A stretch of DNA of 64,000 nt from contig LSRY02000009.1 of NCBI GenBank assembly GCA_001643675.2, positions 310,001 through 374,000 of the forward strand. The letters are read 5' to 3'. Below, one piece after another: positions 1 through 11,900 of this stretch. The notes under the pieces were generated by a model that was given only the letters and a program-made list of their open reading frames with translations, did not search any database and was not told the origin of the DNA. Each line of letters starts with the position of its first letter. Position 1 is the first letter of the stretch. The translations under genes and the position numbers were made by a program. The DNA comes from Monocercomonoides exilis PA203. Taxonomy: Eukaryota; Protista; Preaxostyla.

Positions 1-559
1 ATAATTACATTTTGACAATCATTTATTTTTTAAACTTCAACAACCCGTCAAATTTTCAAACAATTTTACAAAAAAGATTTTTAATTGAACATCACCTGCT
101 GTTCCCTCCCTGAAAAAATCTCCTCTGATTGTTTAGAAAACAATGTGACTTGCTCAGCTGTTGCTTGATCGTTGATATTATTTTATCTTCTATTTTTGTA
201 TTCATTCCTTTGAATTAAAAAAGATACAAATGCCGGACTTCACTTTTGTCAGCCTATTTATTTTTCTTTTGATAAGTTCATCTTTTTCTATGTTTATGCT
301 TTCTTCATTATCTCTCTTTCGTTTTTTCCTTCATTATTCTTCCTCGCCACATCTTGACTTTTCTCATTTCTCATAATTTGCTTCTTTTTCTCAGAATTCA
401 GTTGATTTCCAACAAATCGTCTCTTCTCTATATTATTTCCACCAAACACATCAACAATCAAAGTACAATATTAAAGAAGTGTTCAATATTTACTTATTTC
501 TAGCAAATAAGTTGTCTGCTGTTTTGAATTTTTCTGGAAAATTCACAGCTAAAGATAAT

Positions 560-1300
560 CGCAAACAACAATAAAAGTTAGAGGAGGCAAGTGAATGTCT
601 GAGGGAAAAGGATGAAGATAAAAAACAGAAGCGAAGAGGACTGAAAAAGTGAAATCAAAGGAAAGAGAAAGAAAAAGCGAGCAGAAAGGGGAGAATGATA
701 AAGAAGTGCGTGAGGAGTTCAGCAAATTTGTGGAAAAGAAGAAGGAGCGCATGCAAGAGGAGAGCAACAAAAACTTGGATAGAATTTTCTTGCTGTTGTT
801 AAATCGCATCTTTCAGTTAGCAGCGCAGAATCAGATCCATTAAAGGTTCAAAATGAATCTTTTGGCATTTATGAATTGTCATCAGAGTAGTAGAAAGTAC
901 AGAGATTTCTTGTTAGGAATCAAGAGTTGGAGGCAGAAAGGAATATGGAAGAAGATCACAAAAAAAGAAAGATGATTTTGAATGGGACGAAAAGGTGAAA
1001 GAGAGAAATATAATTGTAAGTGAGACAGAACAGGAAGAAAGCATTAAGGCAAAGGAGAAAGTGGAACAATCCCAAAGAAGTGATAGAAGAAAACGTGAAA
1101 GAAAAGAAAAAATAAGCAAATATACACCAAAGAAAATAGCTTATCTGGCAAGCACGATGTAACAACAGAAAATTATCTGCCCTGAATGAAATTTTTTTCA
1201 ACTTATTGTGAAGATAACAACAATGTATTCGTCAGGAATCTCAAAGAAAAGAATATTACGGGAAAACAGAAGCAAATGCAAAATTTTATCAATTTGAATT
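560..1300 (+). pseudogene. Decayed retroelement-like (possible DIRS-type RNase H region) relic, mirrored at ~6950..7690
   Basis: Purine-rich coding-like sequence with broken frames. EFSKFVEKKKERMQEESN...LNRIFQLAAQNQIH loosely follows the RNase H 'SDN...IFxL' layout. Weak, by eye only. Confidence 0.25.
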
Positions 1301-2516
1301 GTGGCTATGATGATTTTTTATGCTGAGAAGAGCTATGCTTCGTTCCTTTTGCTCCCCTTCTTTATCCTTCGTATCGAACTCAATCTTCAAAATCAGGGAT
1401 TAGCCGATTTTGTTCCAACTTAATGATTGCTATTATTTTCTTTTTTCTTTGTGATATTTCAAGTTCAATTTCTATTTCTATTTCCACAACAATTCATAGC
1501 CCAAATTCTTCAAGAAATTTAAACTTGAAATTATTTGAAATTTATTAGCTTTTTCATTCGTTTTGAGTAGCTTTTCCCCCCTCAAAATATCTCTTTAATT
1601 TCAAATAAGAAAAAGAGTCAATTGAATATTTTCTTCGTTTTTTATTATGCGTTTTGATATTTCTTTTATTGCTGACATTTTCCACTTTATCTTTTTAAAA
1701 AGATAAATCTTCCATGCCTTCAAGTCAATTTTCACAAGATTTTTCATCAAATATTGAAAACGAAGCAGGTCGAAGCAATTGAAATATTTAAATAGTTTTA
1801 TTTTATACACATTTTGATGAACATCATTGAAAATGATGTTTTCCATGTTTTGCAAGGGATCAAACGATTGACATATTTTTATTATTCAACTTTCATTTCA
1901 CTCTCTCTTTGTCAAGTGCTTAACAATTCAAAAGTTATCGTTTTCTATTTTTTGTGAGATTCATCCTTCATTTCCTTCTTGTTTTCCTTTGATAATAAAT
2001 AAATAATAAATAAAAGTTAGAGGAATTTGTTTTTGAGTTGCCAGATAAAATTAAAATTTGTTCAATTTGCGCAAGATAATCAAATGATTTTCTTGTTAAA
2101 ACTATAACTTGTACTTTAAGTTTTATTTCAAATTCAGTTTGTTTTAGTTTTCTAAGAAGTAATCACTATATTTCGTAAAAAATGGCTTAAAAAAATCCAC
2201 AAAAGCAAAAAATAGCTTTTCTTTATATCTTTGAAATAAATGTCTTTATTTGACCAAAGGTGATAGAAAAGAAAAATTCAAAAATGAGTTTTGAAAAAAA
2301 GCAGCTAGCACATTTTTTTTAAAAAACCTGCCAAATTTATCAAGCACAAATAGCAAAAGAATGATCAATACACTGCTATGAATGAAGTTAAACATCAATC
2401 GTATTAATGTTCAAAGATCAAAAAGGCTAAACATTAAAACAGGATGCATAGTAGATCTGCAGTGCAATCAACATTCGACAAGAGAATTCATCAACAAGTC
2501 AAGCTTGTCATGTGCT

Positions 2517-3833
2517 TTACTTCTTTCTCGAAGCATTAGCCTGCTCCCAGAACTCATTCACATTCATCATTTGCGCCTTTGTGGGGTTGACTGTAATCTT
2601 CCACATGTTTTTGTCATCAGGCCCTGTGTATCCAACAGAATATAGGTAATCCTCAAATGTTGCATAGTTGAACATCGGTGACTGCACCATCGTGCAAAAT
2701 ACCTCAAAGCAATATTCGTCTGTTGTCTTGTCGTCATACAGCGTAATTGTTGTATGTGGATTCTGGCTAATCTGCTCAGCCTTCTTGCAGAAGCGAGATC
2801 CCATCCAGAAACCCAGTGTGGGATGGAAAGATATTCCACCCATCATTCGCGAATGAGGAATTCCTTCTTTGTCTACTGTCGTCAAGAAGCACGGCTTTCC
2901 AGTCAAAGATGCGCGATACATAATTTGCGTATCACGGTCATATGCTGGTGGCTCGCATACAAGCACCTCAGGAACATTTGTTGAGATTACGTGCTTTTCC
3001 ACTGATCGTAAAGCATATCGCAGAATAACCCACTTCGGATCCTCTGGACCCGCGTAACCATACGTCTTTAATGAATCGTTCCACATCTTCTTTTTCGTTT
3101 CCAACGTTCGATCAACCCAGCACACAGCATCCACAACAACCTGGCTCAAATCCTTCTTGTTCACAAACAACAGATTCACATTCGGGTTGGCATCAATCTC
3201 CTTCACCTTTTTCGAATCTCCGCTTGTCGCATGTGCAATGCCAAATTCGTCACTATAAATTGTCTCCATCATTCGACTCTCCTGGTGCAATGCATTCCAT
3301 GTGATCAGGCATGCGTTCTTGTCAATGTCCATTGCTGCTCTCACTGCAGCCATAGCCTCCTTGTCTTTGTACGGTCCATCTGGCAATGGTTTCAGAGGCG
3401 CTTTGCGATCAATATCAAATGCGTGAGGGTCCTGTGGGACACCAGCATACACTTCGCGTCCGTGCACGACGGAATGGATTGTGAAGAACACAATACGCGC
3501 ACGCTCATCGTCTTTCCCTGTGTATCCGAACTGAAGCATTTTGTCTGTCCACACATCTTCAATATCCTCCTTCTTTGCTGATACTCTCGCTGAACAATGT
3601 GCAACAACGTTGTTGTTATCACCTGCAGGACATATAGACAATGTCACAAAACCATTCTGTTCAATTTGTCCTAGCTTCCGTGTGTTGTTTTTTGTGAAAA
3701 TAAAGAACCCTGCTTTTTCAGAATGTTGGAGCATTACCACCCTTGTATTCAGGTGTGTTCCATAGCCCGTTGAAAGTACACTCCAGAAAAATAACCCTTT
3801 GTGAGTCAATAAATACTTGTCAGCTTCAGTCAT
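2517..3833 (-). CDS. Triple-domain pyridoxamine 5'-phosphate oxidase-like / general stress protein 26-type FMN-binding split-barrel protein (copy 1)
   Basis: 438-aa intronless ORF with three homologous units. Each has a (T/S)R(V/M)(V/M) strand (NTRVV, ESRMM, HSRMM), a K-x-x-(Q/E)-I-x-x-N motif (RKLGQIEQN, KKVKEIDANPNV, KKAEQISQNPHT) and a GY(T/A)G(K/P)(D/E)D motif, typical of PNPOx-like/GSP26 domains. Confidence 0.85.
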   Translation of the reverse strand: MTEADKYLLTHKGLFFWSVLSTGYGTHLNTRVVMLQHSEKAGFFIFTKNNTRKLGQIEQNGFVTLSICPAGDNNNVVAHCSARVSAKKEDIEDVWTDKMLQFGYTGKDDERARIVFFTIHSVVHGREVYAGVPQDPHAFDIDRKAPLKPLPDGPYKDKEAMAAVRAAMDIDKNACLITWNALHQESRMMETIYSDEFGIAHATSGDSKKVKEIDANPNVNLLFVNKKDLSQVVVDAVCWVDRTLETKKKMWNDSLKTYGYAGPEDPKWVILRYALRSVEKHVISTNVPEVLVCEPPAYDRDTQIMYRASLTGKPCFLTTVDKEGIPHSRMMGGISFHPTLGFWMGSRFCKKAEQISQNPHTTITLYDDKTTDEYCFEVFCTMVQSPMFNYATFEDYLYSVGYTGPDDKNMWKITVNPTKAQMMNVNEFWEQANASRKK

Positions 3834-4168
3834 TTTTCAAGTTATGTAATTAACACAACCCAATTAATGGTAGTTATGATCATTATTATTTAAAATGATG
3901 GGTTTAATGGAAATGATAAGAAATAAACATATAAATACCATTAATAGATTTATATATTATATGTATCACGTGAAATGTTAATATTTATCCAAATATTGAA
4001 CTTTCCCTTAAAAAATAATATTTATTGAATATTTTTCATAAACAATTTTTAAAAAATCCTAAAAAATTATTCAAATCAATTTCCCACACAAGGTGTTTCA
4101 AAATCGATTCAAAAAAAATGAAATCAAAAATATTTTAAATTAATCAAAATATAATTATTTTTTTCAAA

Positions 4169-7100
4169 GATTTGAATAATTTTTTAGGATTTTTTAAAAA
4201 TTGTTTATGAAAAATATTCAATAAATATTATTTTTTAAGGGAAAGTTCAATATTTGGATAAATATTAACATTTCACGTGATACATATAATATATAAATCT
4301 ATTAATGGTATTTATATGTTTATTTCTTATCATTTCCATTAAACCCATCATTTTAAATAATAATGATCATAACTACCATTAATTGGGTTGTGTTAATTAC
4401 ATAACTTGAAAAATGACTGAAGCTGACAAGTATTTATTGACTCACAAAGGGTTATTTTTCTGGAGTGTACTTTCAACGGGCTATGGAACACACCTGAATA
4501 CAAGGGTGGTAATGCTCCAACATTCTGAAAAAGCAGGGTTCTTTATTTTCACAAAAAACAACACACGGAAGCTAGGACAAATTGAACAGAATGGTTTTGT
4601 GACATTGTCTATATGTCCTGCAGGTGATAACAACAACGTTGTTGCACATTGTTCAGCGAGAGTATCAGCAAAGAAGGAGGATATTGAAGATGTGTGGACA
4701 GACAAAATGCTTCAGTTCGGATACACAGGGAAAGACGATGAGCGTGCGCGTATTGTGTTCTTCACAATCCATTCCGTCGTGCACGGACGCGAAGTGTATG
4801 CTGGTGTCCCACAGGACCCTCACGCATTTGATATTGATCGCAAAGCGCCTCTGAAACCATTGCCAGATGGACCGTACAAAGACAAGGAGGCTATGGCTGC
4901 AGTGAGAGCAGCAATGGACATTGACAAGAACGCATGCCTGATCACATGGAATGCATTGCACCAGGAGAGTCGAATGATGGAGACAATTTATAGTGACGAA
5001 TTTGGCATTGCACATGCGACAAGCGGAGATTCGAAAAAGGTGAAGGAGATTGATGCCAACCCGAATGTGAATCTGTTGTTTGTGAACAAGAAGGATTTGA
5101 GCCAGGTTGTTGTGGATGCTGTGTGCTGGGTTGATCGAACGTTGGAAACGAAAAAGAAGATGTGGAACGATTCATTAAAGACGTATGGTTACGCGGGTCC
5201 AGAGGATCCGAAGTGGGTTATTCTGCGATATGCTTTACGATCAGTGGAAAAGCACGTAATCTCAACAAATGTTCCTGAGGTGCTTGTATGCGAGCCACCA
5301 GCATATGACCGTGATACGCAAATTATGTATCGCGCATCTTTGACTGGAAAGCCGTGCTTCTTGACGACAGTAGACAAAGAAGGAATTCCTCATTCGCGAA
5401 TGATGGGTGGAATATCTTTCCATCCCACACTGGGTTTCTGGATGGGATCTCGCTTCTGCAAGAAGGCTGAGCAGATTAGCCAGAATCCACATACAACAAT
5501 TACGCTGTATGACGACAAGACAACAGACGAATATTGCTTTGAGGTATTTTGCACGATGGTGCAGTCACCGATGTTCAACTATGCAACATTTGAGGATTAC
5601 CTATATTCTGTTGGATACACAGGGCCTGATGACAAAAACATGTGGAAGATTACAGTCAACCCCACAAAGGCGCAAATGATGAATGTGAATGAGTTCTGGG
5701 AGCAGGCTAATGCTTCGAGAAAGAAGTAAAGCACATGACAAGCTTGACTTGTTGATGAATTCTCTTGTCGAATGTTGATTGCACTGCAGATCTACTATGC
5801 ATCCTGTTTTAATGTTTAGCCTTTTTGATCTTTGAACATTAATACGATTGATGTTTAACTTCATTCATAGCAGTGTATTGATCATTCTTTTGCTATTTGT
5901 GCTTGATAAATTTGGCAGGTTTTTTAAAAAAAATGTGCTAGCTGCTTTTTTTTCAAAACTCATTTTTTGAATTTTTCTTTTTCTATCACCTTTGGTCAAA
6001 TAAAGACATTTATTTCAAAGATATAAAGAAAAGCTATTTTTTGCTTTTGTGGATTTTTTTAAGCCATTTTTTACGAAATATAGTGATTACTTCTTAGAAA
6101 ACTAAAACAAACTGAATTTGAAATAAAACTTAAAGTACAAGTTATAGTTTTAACAAGAAAATCATTTGATTATCTTGCGCAAATTGAACAAATTTTAATT
6201 TTATCTGGCAACTCAAAAACAAATTCCTCTAACTTTTATTTATTATTTATTTATTATCAAAGGAAAACAAGAAGGAAATGAAGGATGAATCTCACAAAAA
6301 ATAGAAAACGATAACTTTTGAATTGTTAAGCACTTGACAAAGAGAGAGTGAAATGAAAGTTGAATAATAAAAATATGTCAATCGTTTGATCCCTTGCAAA
6401 AACATGGAAAACATCATTTTCAATGATGTTCATCAAAATGTGTATAAAATAAAACTATTTAAATATTTCAATTGCTTCGACCTGCTTCGTTTTCAATATT
6501 TGATGAAAAATCTTGTGAAAATTGACTTGAAGGCATGGAAGATTTATCTTTTTAAAAAGATAAAGTGGAAAATGTCAGCAATAAAAGAAATATCAAAACG
6601 CATAATAAAAAACGAAGAAAATATTCAATTGACTCTTTTTCTTATTTGAAATTAAAGAGATATTTTGAGGGGGGAAAAGCTACTCAAAACGAATGAAAAA
6701 GCTAATAAATTTCAAATAATTTCAAGTTTAAATTTCTTGAAGAATTTGGGCTATGAATTGTTGTGGAAATAGAAATAGAAATTGAACTTGAAATATCACA
6801 AAGAAAAAAGAAAATAATAGCAATCATTAAGTTGGAACAAAATCGGCTAATCCCTGATTTTGAAGATTGAGTTCGATACGAAGGATAAAGAAGGGGAGCA
6901 AAAGGAACGAAGCATAGCTCTTCTCAGCATAAAAAATCATCATAGCCACAATTCAAATTGATAAAATTTTGCATTTGCTTCTGTTTTCCCGTAATATTCT
7001 TTTCTTTGAGATTCCTGACGAATACATTGTTGTTATCTTCACAATAAGTTGAAAAAATTTCATTCAGGGCAGATAATTTTCTGTTGTTACATCGTGCTTG

Positions 7101-7775
7101 CCAGATAAGCTATTTTCTTTGGTGTATATTTGCTTATTTTTTCTTTTCTTTCACGTTTTCTTCTATCACTTCTTTGGGATTGTTCCACTTTCTCCTTTGC
7201 CTTAATGCTTTCTTCCTGTTCTGTCTCACTTACAATTATATTTCTCTCTTTCACCTTTTCGTCCCATTCAAAATCATCTTTCTTTTTTTGTGATCTTCTT
7301 CCATATTCCTTTCTGCCTCCAACTCTTGATTCCTAACAAGAAATCTCTGTACTTTCTACTACTCTGATGACAATTCATAAATGCCAAAAGATTCATTTTG
7401 AACCTTTAATGGATCTGATTCTGCGCTGCTAACTGAAAGATGCGATTTAACAACAGCAAGAAAATTCTATCCAAGTTTTTGTTGCTCTCCTCTTGCATGC
7501 GCTCCTTCTTCTTTTCCACAAATTTGCTGAACTCCTCACGCACTTCTTTATCATTCTCCCCTTTCTGCTCGCTTTTTCTTTCTCTTTCCTTTGATTTCAC
7601 TTTTTCAGTCCTCTTCGCTTCTGTTTTTTATCTTCATCCTTTTCCCTCAGACATTCACTTGCCTCCTCTAACTTTTATTGTTGTTTGCGATTATCTTTAG
7701 CTGTGAATTTTCCAGAAAAATTCAAAACAGCAGACAACTTATTTGCTAGAAATAAGTAAATATTGAACACTTCTT
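4169..7775. repeat. Right arm of the ~3.6-kb inverted duplication
   Basis: Inner edge gatttgaataa (4169) is the reverse complement of ttattcaaatc (ends 4077). Outer edge tattgaacacttctt (ends 7775) is the reverse complement of aagaagtgttcaata (474). The spacer 4078..4168 is unique. Confidence 0.97.
4413..5729 (+). CDS. Triple-domain PNPOx-like FMN split-barrel protein (copy 2, identical)
   Basis: Translation identical to 2517..3833; transcribed divergently from the palindrome centre. Confidence 0.85.
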   Translation: MTEADKYLLTHKGLFFWSVLSTGYGTHLNTRVVMLQHSEKAGFFIFTKNNTRKLGQIEQNGFVTLSICPAGDNNNVVAHCSARVSAKKEDIEDVWTDKMLQFGYTGKDDERARIVFFTIHSVVHGREVYAGVPQDPHAFDIDRKAPLKPLPDGPYKDKEAMAAVRAAMDIDKNACLITWNALHQESRMMETIYSDEFGIAHATSGDSKKVKEIDANPNVNLLFVNKKDLSQVVVDAVCWVDRTLETKKKMWNDSLKTYGYAGPEDPKWVILRYALRSVEKHVISTNVPEVLVCEPPAYDRDTQIMYRASLTGKPCFLTTVDKEGIPHSRMMGGISFHPTLGFWMGSRFCKKAEQISQNPHTTITLYDDKTTDEYCFEVFCTMVQSPMFNYATFEDYLYSVGYTGPDDKNMWKITVNPTKAQMMNVNEFWEQANASRKK

Positions 7776-7929
7776 CAATATATTTTCTTGAGTGACAGTT
7801 GTTAGCTTTTGATTTTCAAACAGGATTTGTTGTTGTGCTGATTTCTGCATTGTTTTTGTTTTTCATATGTATTTAATTTTTGATGTGGTTGATGATTCTT
7901 ATTTGAGACTGTGAATGATATACAATTCA

Positions 7930-8380
7930 CAAACAACAAATACTTGTGGCATCCATAAAAATACAGCATTCTGCGTTCAGAAGAAGGAAGAACTCAGAGA
8001 AGAAAGAAATTAATAAATGCAAGCAGGTGAATGAGTTAAAGAATAATTTGATAAGAAGATGCATGAGATTGAGGCCGAAATTTAGAAAGAATCTGATTCG
8101 AAACTGTTGTTAAAAAATAGGATAAAGAAAACGAAAAAGGAAATAAATGGATTATAAGGAGATGGAAGAGAGATAGGATAAAAAAAGGAGATTATCAGAT
8201 GCTTTTTGTGGGAAGAGTTCAAATTTAGAAGAGCTGAAGATGCCATTTGGATTGAAAAGAAAATATGATTTGAGACAGAAGCTGAGCTTTCTCTATCAGA
8301 GGATGTGCTTCAGTTTGTGTAGCAGGGAATTTGAGGGGAAAAATATTAAAGTCAATAATCTGCAGAAGCTCATAAGGTGA
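7930..8380 (+). pseudogene. Decayed reverse transcriptase fragment (DIRS/LTR-type)
   Basis: aagatgccatttggattgaaa (~8238) reads KMPFGLK (RT motif B). It is preceded by FCVQKK...CKQVN (like 'FxVxKK..R.I.DCRxLN') and followed by 'SEDVL' where the YxDD motif is expected. Multiple stops and frameshifts. Confidence 0.4.
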
Positions 8381-8905
8381 GCTTTTGCATCAATTTTTGT
8401 TTTAGATAATTATTTATTTCTATGCATTAAATCTCAACCTCAACTTTTTTTCTTTAGTAAACGTTCCTGCAATCGTGTTTGTTTCAAAATAAATGTATAT
8501 TAAAAAGCGATGAAAACATGTTAAATAAAGTGTTTTTTTTTTTTTTTTTTTTTTTTTGTTTAATTAGTTTTATGTGTTGATAAATTCTCGCATTTCCATT
8601 TAATATCAAAATATCACAACATTTGATAAAATTGAATTGCTAATGCATTAAATGCATACACCATATTTACCGATTAGTGATTTTGAAAGACAAAATATGA
8701 TTTTTCAATTATTTTTCGAGATGAGTTTAATTGAATATTTGAATAAACAGTCTTCATTTTAAAAAAACAACGTCATATGAAATATTCGTGCATTATTTTT
8801 ATTTATTGTACTTCAATAATTTATAATTTCTTGTTAAAAAACGAAGTTTCTAATAAATTTTTTCGAAAAAATGCATTGTATAATGGGCATGCAATTAAAT
8901 TTTGA

Positions 8906-11900
8906 ATGGCTATTTTTCTGCCAAAGCCGCCACTGCGGGCATCGTTACAATATGGCCTTGCAAAGAACTCTATGGATACTTTCAGTAATAATTCAACTCC
9001 TTCATTTGGTTTGATTTAAATTATTTGAACCAAAAATTTAACTTATTGGTTTAATTTGAAATTTTGACATATATATGAAAAAAAGATCAGGAAATTTTAT
9101 CCTCCAGGAGCATTTCCCCATCTCTCGTGGTAACTCCATCATATCAAGCAAGCAACGCATTTTCATCACAATCTTCATTTCAATCAAGATCTTCTCTTCC
9201 ACCTCCCCCTCCTCAACGTCCATTTCCTTTGAGACAAACAAATCAACAAGAAAAAAATACATCAAGATATTTTCAATCAAATTTTACTCAGCAACAACGA
9301 TTTTTGGATGAAAATTCCCATTCATTTCCACTTCAATCGCCACTTCTTGAGTCGCAACAAGAAATCATATCATCAAATGTTGTTCAACACAGAACAAGTA
9401 CGCCACCACCTTCTTCAGCTTTTGTGCCTCAACCAACTTTTCACATTTCGTCAGATAGCGATTCAACCACATTTCGAACAAATTTTTCTGATATAAATTT
9501 TCCGCAAACAGGAACAACTCAAAATGAATCTATGTTTAAAATGGATGCACTGCAGCCACATAACTTTGTTCGTCACTCATCAAATCAATTATCTTTCAAC
9601 ATGCTTCCATCCACTTTGAAGCATACAGAATCTATCCTTTCATCGGCAATATCTATTCCATCTGCACAAGAATCAATCCGCAATGTGCAAAGCAGTGTTC
9701 CAGTTACTCAGAACGATTCATTTACACGTCTTCAGACAGTCGCTTCAAAAGCTCCTTCATCTTCTGGCACTTCATTTCTAGCAACATCACAACCTCTCCA
9801 GACGTCTGCTTCATTTTCTTCATCTTCATCTCCAACCACATCATTATCAGCAGCATTATCAACAACAGCAAGCTCCCGAGCACCAGTTCCTCAGCTTTCA
9901 CAGCCTCATGTTCCACTGACAACTCCGCTGGTGAATGCGCCATCGCCTCTTGTTTCGAGAGCAGCTGGAGGAAGCCGATTGTTTCGCTCTTCTGCCCTGT
10001 CATTCAATCCTGTCACTTCAACAACAACTGGAATGGCTGCTGCGACACGATGGACGGACAGAAGCGAAGATGGAAGAGAAGAAGATGGTGAAATGGAGAG
10101 ATGGAGAGAAAGAGAAAGGCAAATGCACGAAGAGGAGAAAGAGAAAGAGAAGGAGAAAGGAGGTGAAATTAAGCAAAGCCAATCGAATCAACAACAGCAG
10201 CAGAAACAACAACTCAACAGAAAGAAGATGCAAACGGAAAACGAGGATGCGAATGATGTTTCAGTGCTGATTGCAGAGAAAGAGGCGATTCTGCTGAAAG
10301 AATGGGAAGAGCTGCAGAACTACATCCAGTTGAAGCACAAGATGAAAGAGAAAGACAAAAACAAAGAAATTTCTTCATTTGATAGAACGTCTTCTGAAAA
10401 GGAGTCAAGCTCACTCAGATTCAAAGGAAGCGAAAGAGAAGCAGCAGAGGCAGAGAATGCAGACGAACAGCCGGTTTTGTCTGAGTCTCAAAGAAGCATT
10501 TCGTCGCTGCTTGTTCCGTCGCCGTTGATGACACGTGCAAAGCTGGTTGAAGCAATCGAGCAATCTCCGCTGAAATACGTTCGAAGTGGGCTGAAGAGAA
10601 GAGAAGGGGAAGAAAACAAAGAAAAGGAAGAAGAAGATGATAATGATGATGATCAAAATTATACGAAATTCCGTTCTGGGTCTTCTTCTAAAACAAGGCT
10701 GGAGGAGAGAAAAAGTTCTGAATTTGGAGAAGATGTTAGAAAATCTTATCACAAACATAGAAAAGACAGATATAAATACGATGAATATGAGAGAGAAGGA
10801 AACGGCAAACAGGAAGAAGAAGAGGATAAAGAACAAGCAAAGAAATGGACCGACCGAACGAAAAAAGAGGAAGAAAGAAGCAAATATTTTCAGAGAGAAA
10901 AAAATGAGAATGAATTTTCTGAACGAGAAAGCGAAAATCAGATGATGTTAGCAGCAATCGAAGCGAAAAGAAAGAGGAAAGAGGAAAAAGAAAGAAGACG
11001 AAACGAAATTATCAGAAGTTTGGAAAGGCAATCTTTGAAGCCAAGAACGGAAAGAGAGGAAAGCAGCTATTTGAAAGGAAAGAGGGAGAAACTCGAAGAA
11101 AATACCGAAAGTTCAAAAGAAGGAAAAGAAAGAGAAGAAGAAGAAACAAAAGAAGAAGCAAAAGACGCATTTGATGAAGATGGGGATCTGGATGAGCTGA
11201 TTGAGAAGGCGCTTAGAGATGACAGCCCCAAACAGAATAAAAGGAAAAGCAGATATTGGACACAGGCAGAAGAGAGAGAGGGAAGGAAATTTGATGAAGC
11301 GATTGGTCAGAGGAAAAGAAAAGAAAAGGAGAGAGGAGAAGATGGCGAAGAAAATGAAGAAGGAAAAGAAGAAACAAAACACGGAAAATACGAAAAAGGA
11401 TGGGGAAATAAAAGGAAAGCGGATGTATTTGAGAAGGAAGAAGAAGAAGAAGCAATTAAGCTGAATAGCGAAGGCAGAAGAGAAGCAGGCAAAGTTATTT
11501 CAGTGCCAAAAGAGCCAGCGCAATCGCAGCGACTGACTTCTCGTTCAGAAAGTGCTTTGACTCAAAGAAATCGGTTTGGATTTAACATTATCAACCGCCC
11601 AAAACGAGAAGAAGAGAAGAATTTGGCGAGGGAAGAGAACAAAGGAAAGCAGGAAAAGGAAAATAAAACAGAAAACAGAGCAATTGGTGCTTCATCGTTT
11701 GTGAAAAACAAGGAAAAAGAAAGAAAAGAGGAAGACGAGGAAGAAGATGATGAGGCAGAAGTGATGAGAAAAGAGAAGGAGAAAGAGAAAGATCGGATGA
11801 GAGAGCGAGAAAAGGCGAAAAACGAAGTGATTTCTTCAATGCGAATGGAAGCAGGCAAGAAAAGCCAAAAGAAAGAGGGAAGAATTGTGGATGATCCACA

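Larger units (their letters stand above)
474..4077. repeat. Left arm of a ~3.6-kb perfect inverted duplication (palindrome)
   Basis: Reverse complement of 4169..7775. ORFs mirror exactly (2517..3833 vs 4413..5729; 549..809 vs 7440..7700). The differences I found are 1-bp homopolymer length changes (e.g. ~1192 vs ~7052; ~1848 vs ~6398). Confidence 0.97.

Noticed and set aside
474-7775. Palindrome as a giant-TIR transposon (Polinton/foldback)
   Set aside because: No transposase, integrase or polymerase, no matching target duplication at the outer ends, and the arms contain a metabolic gene.
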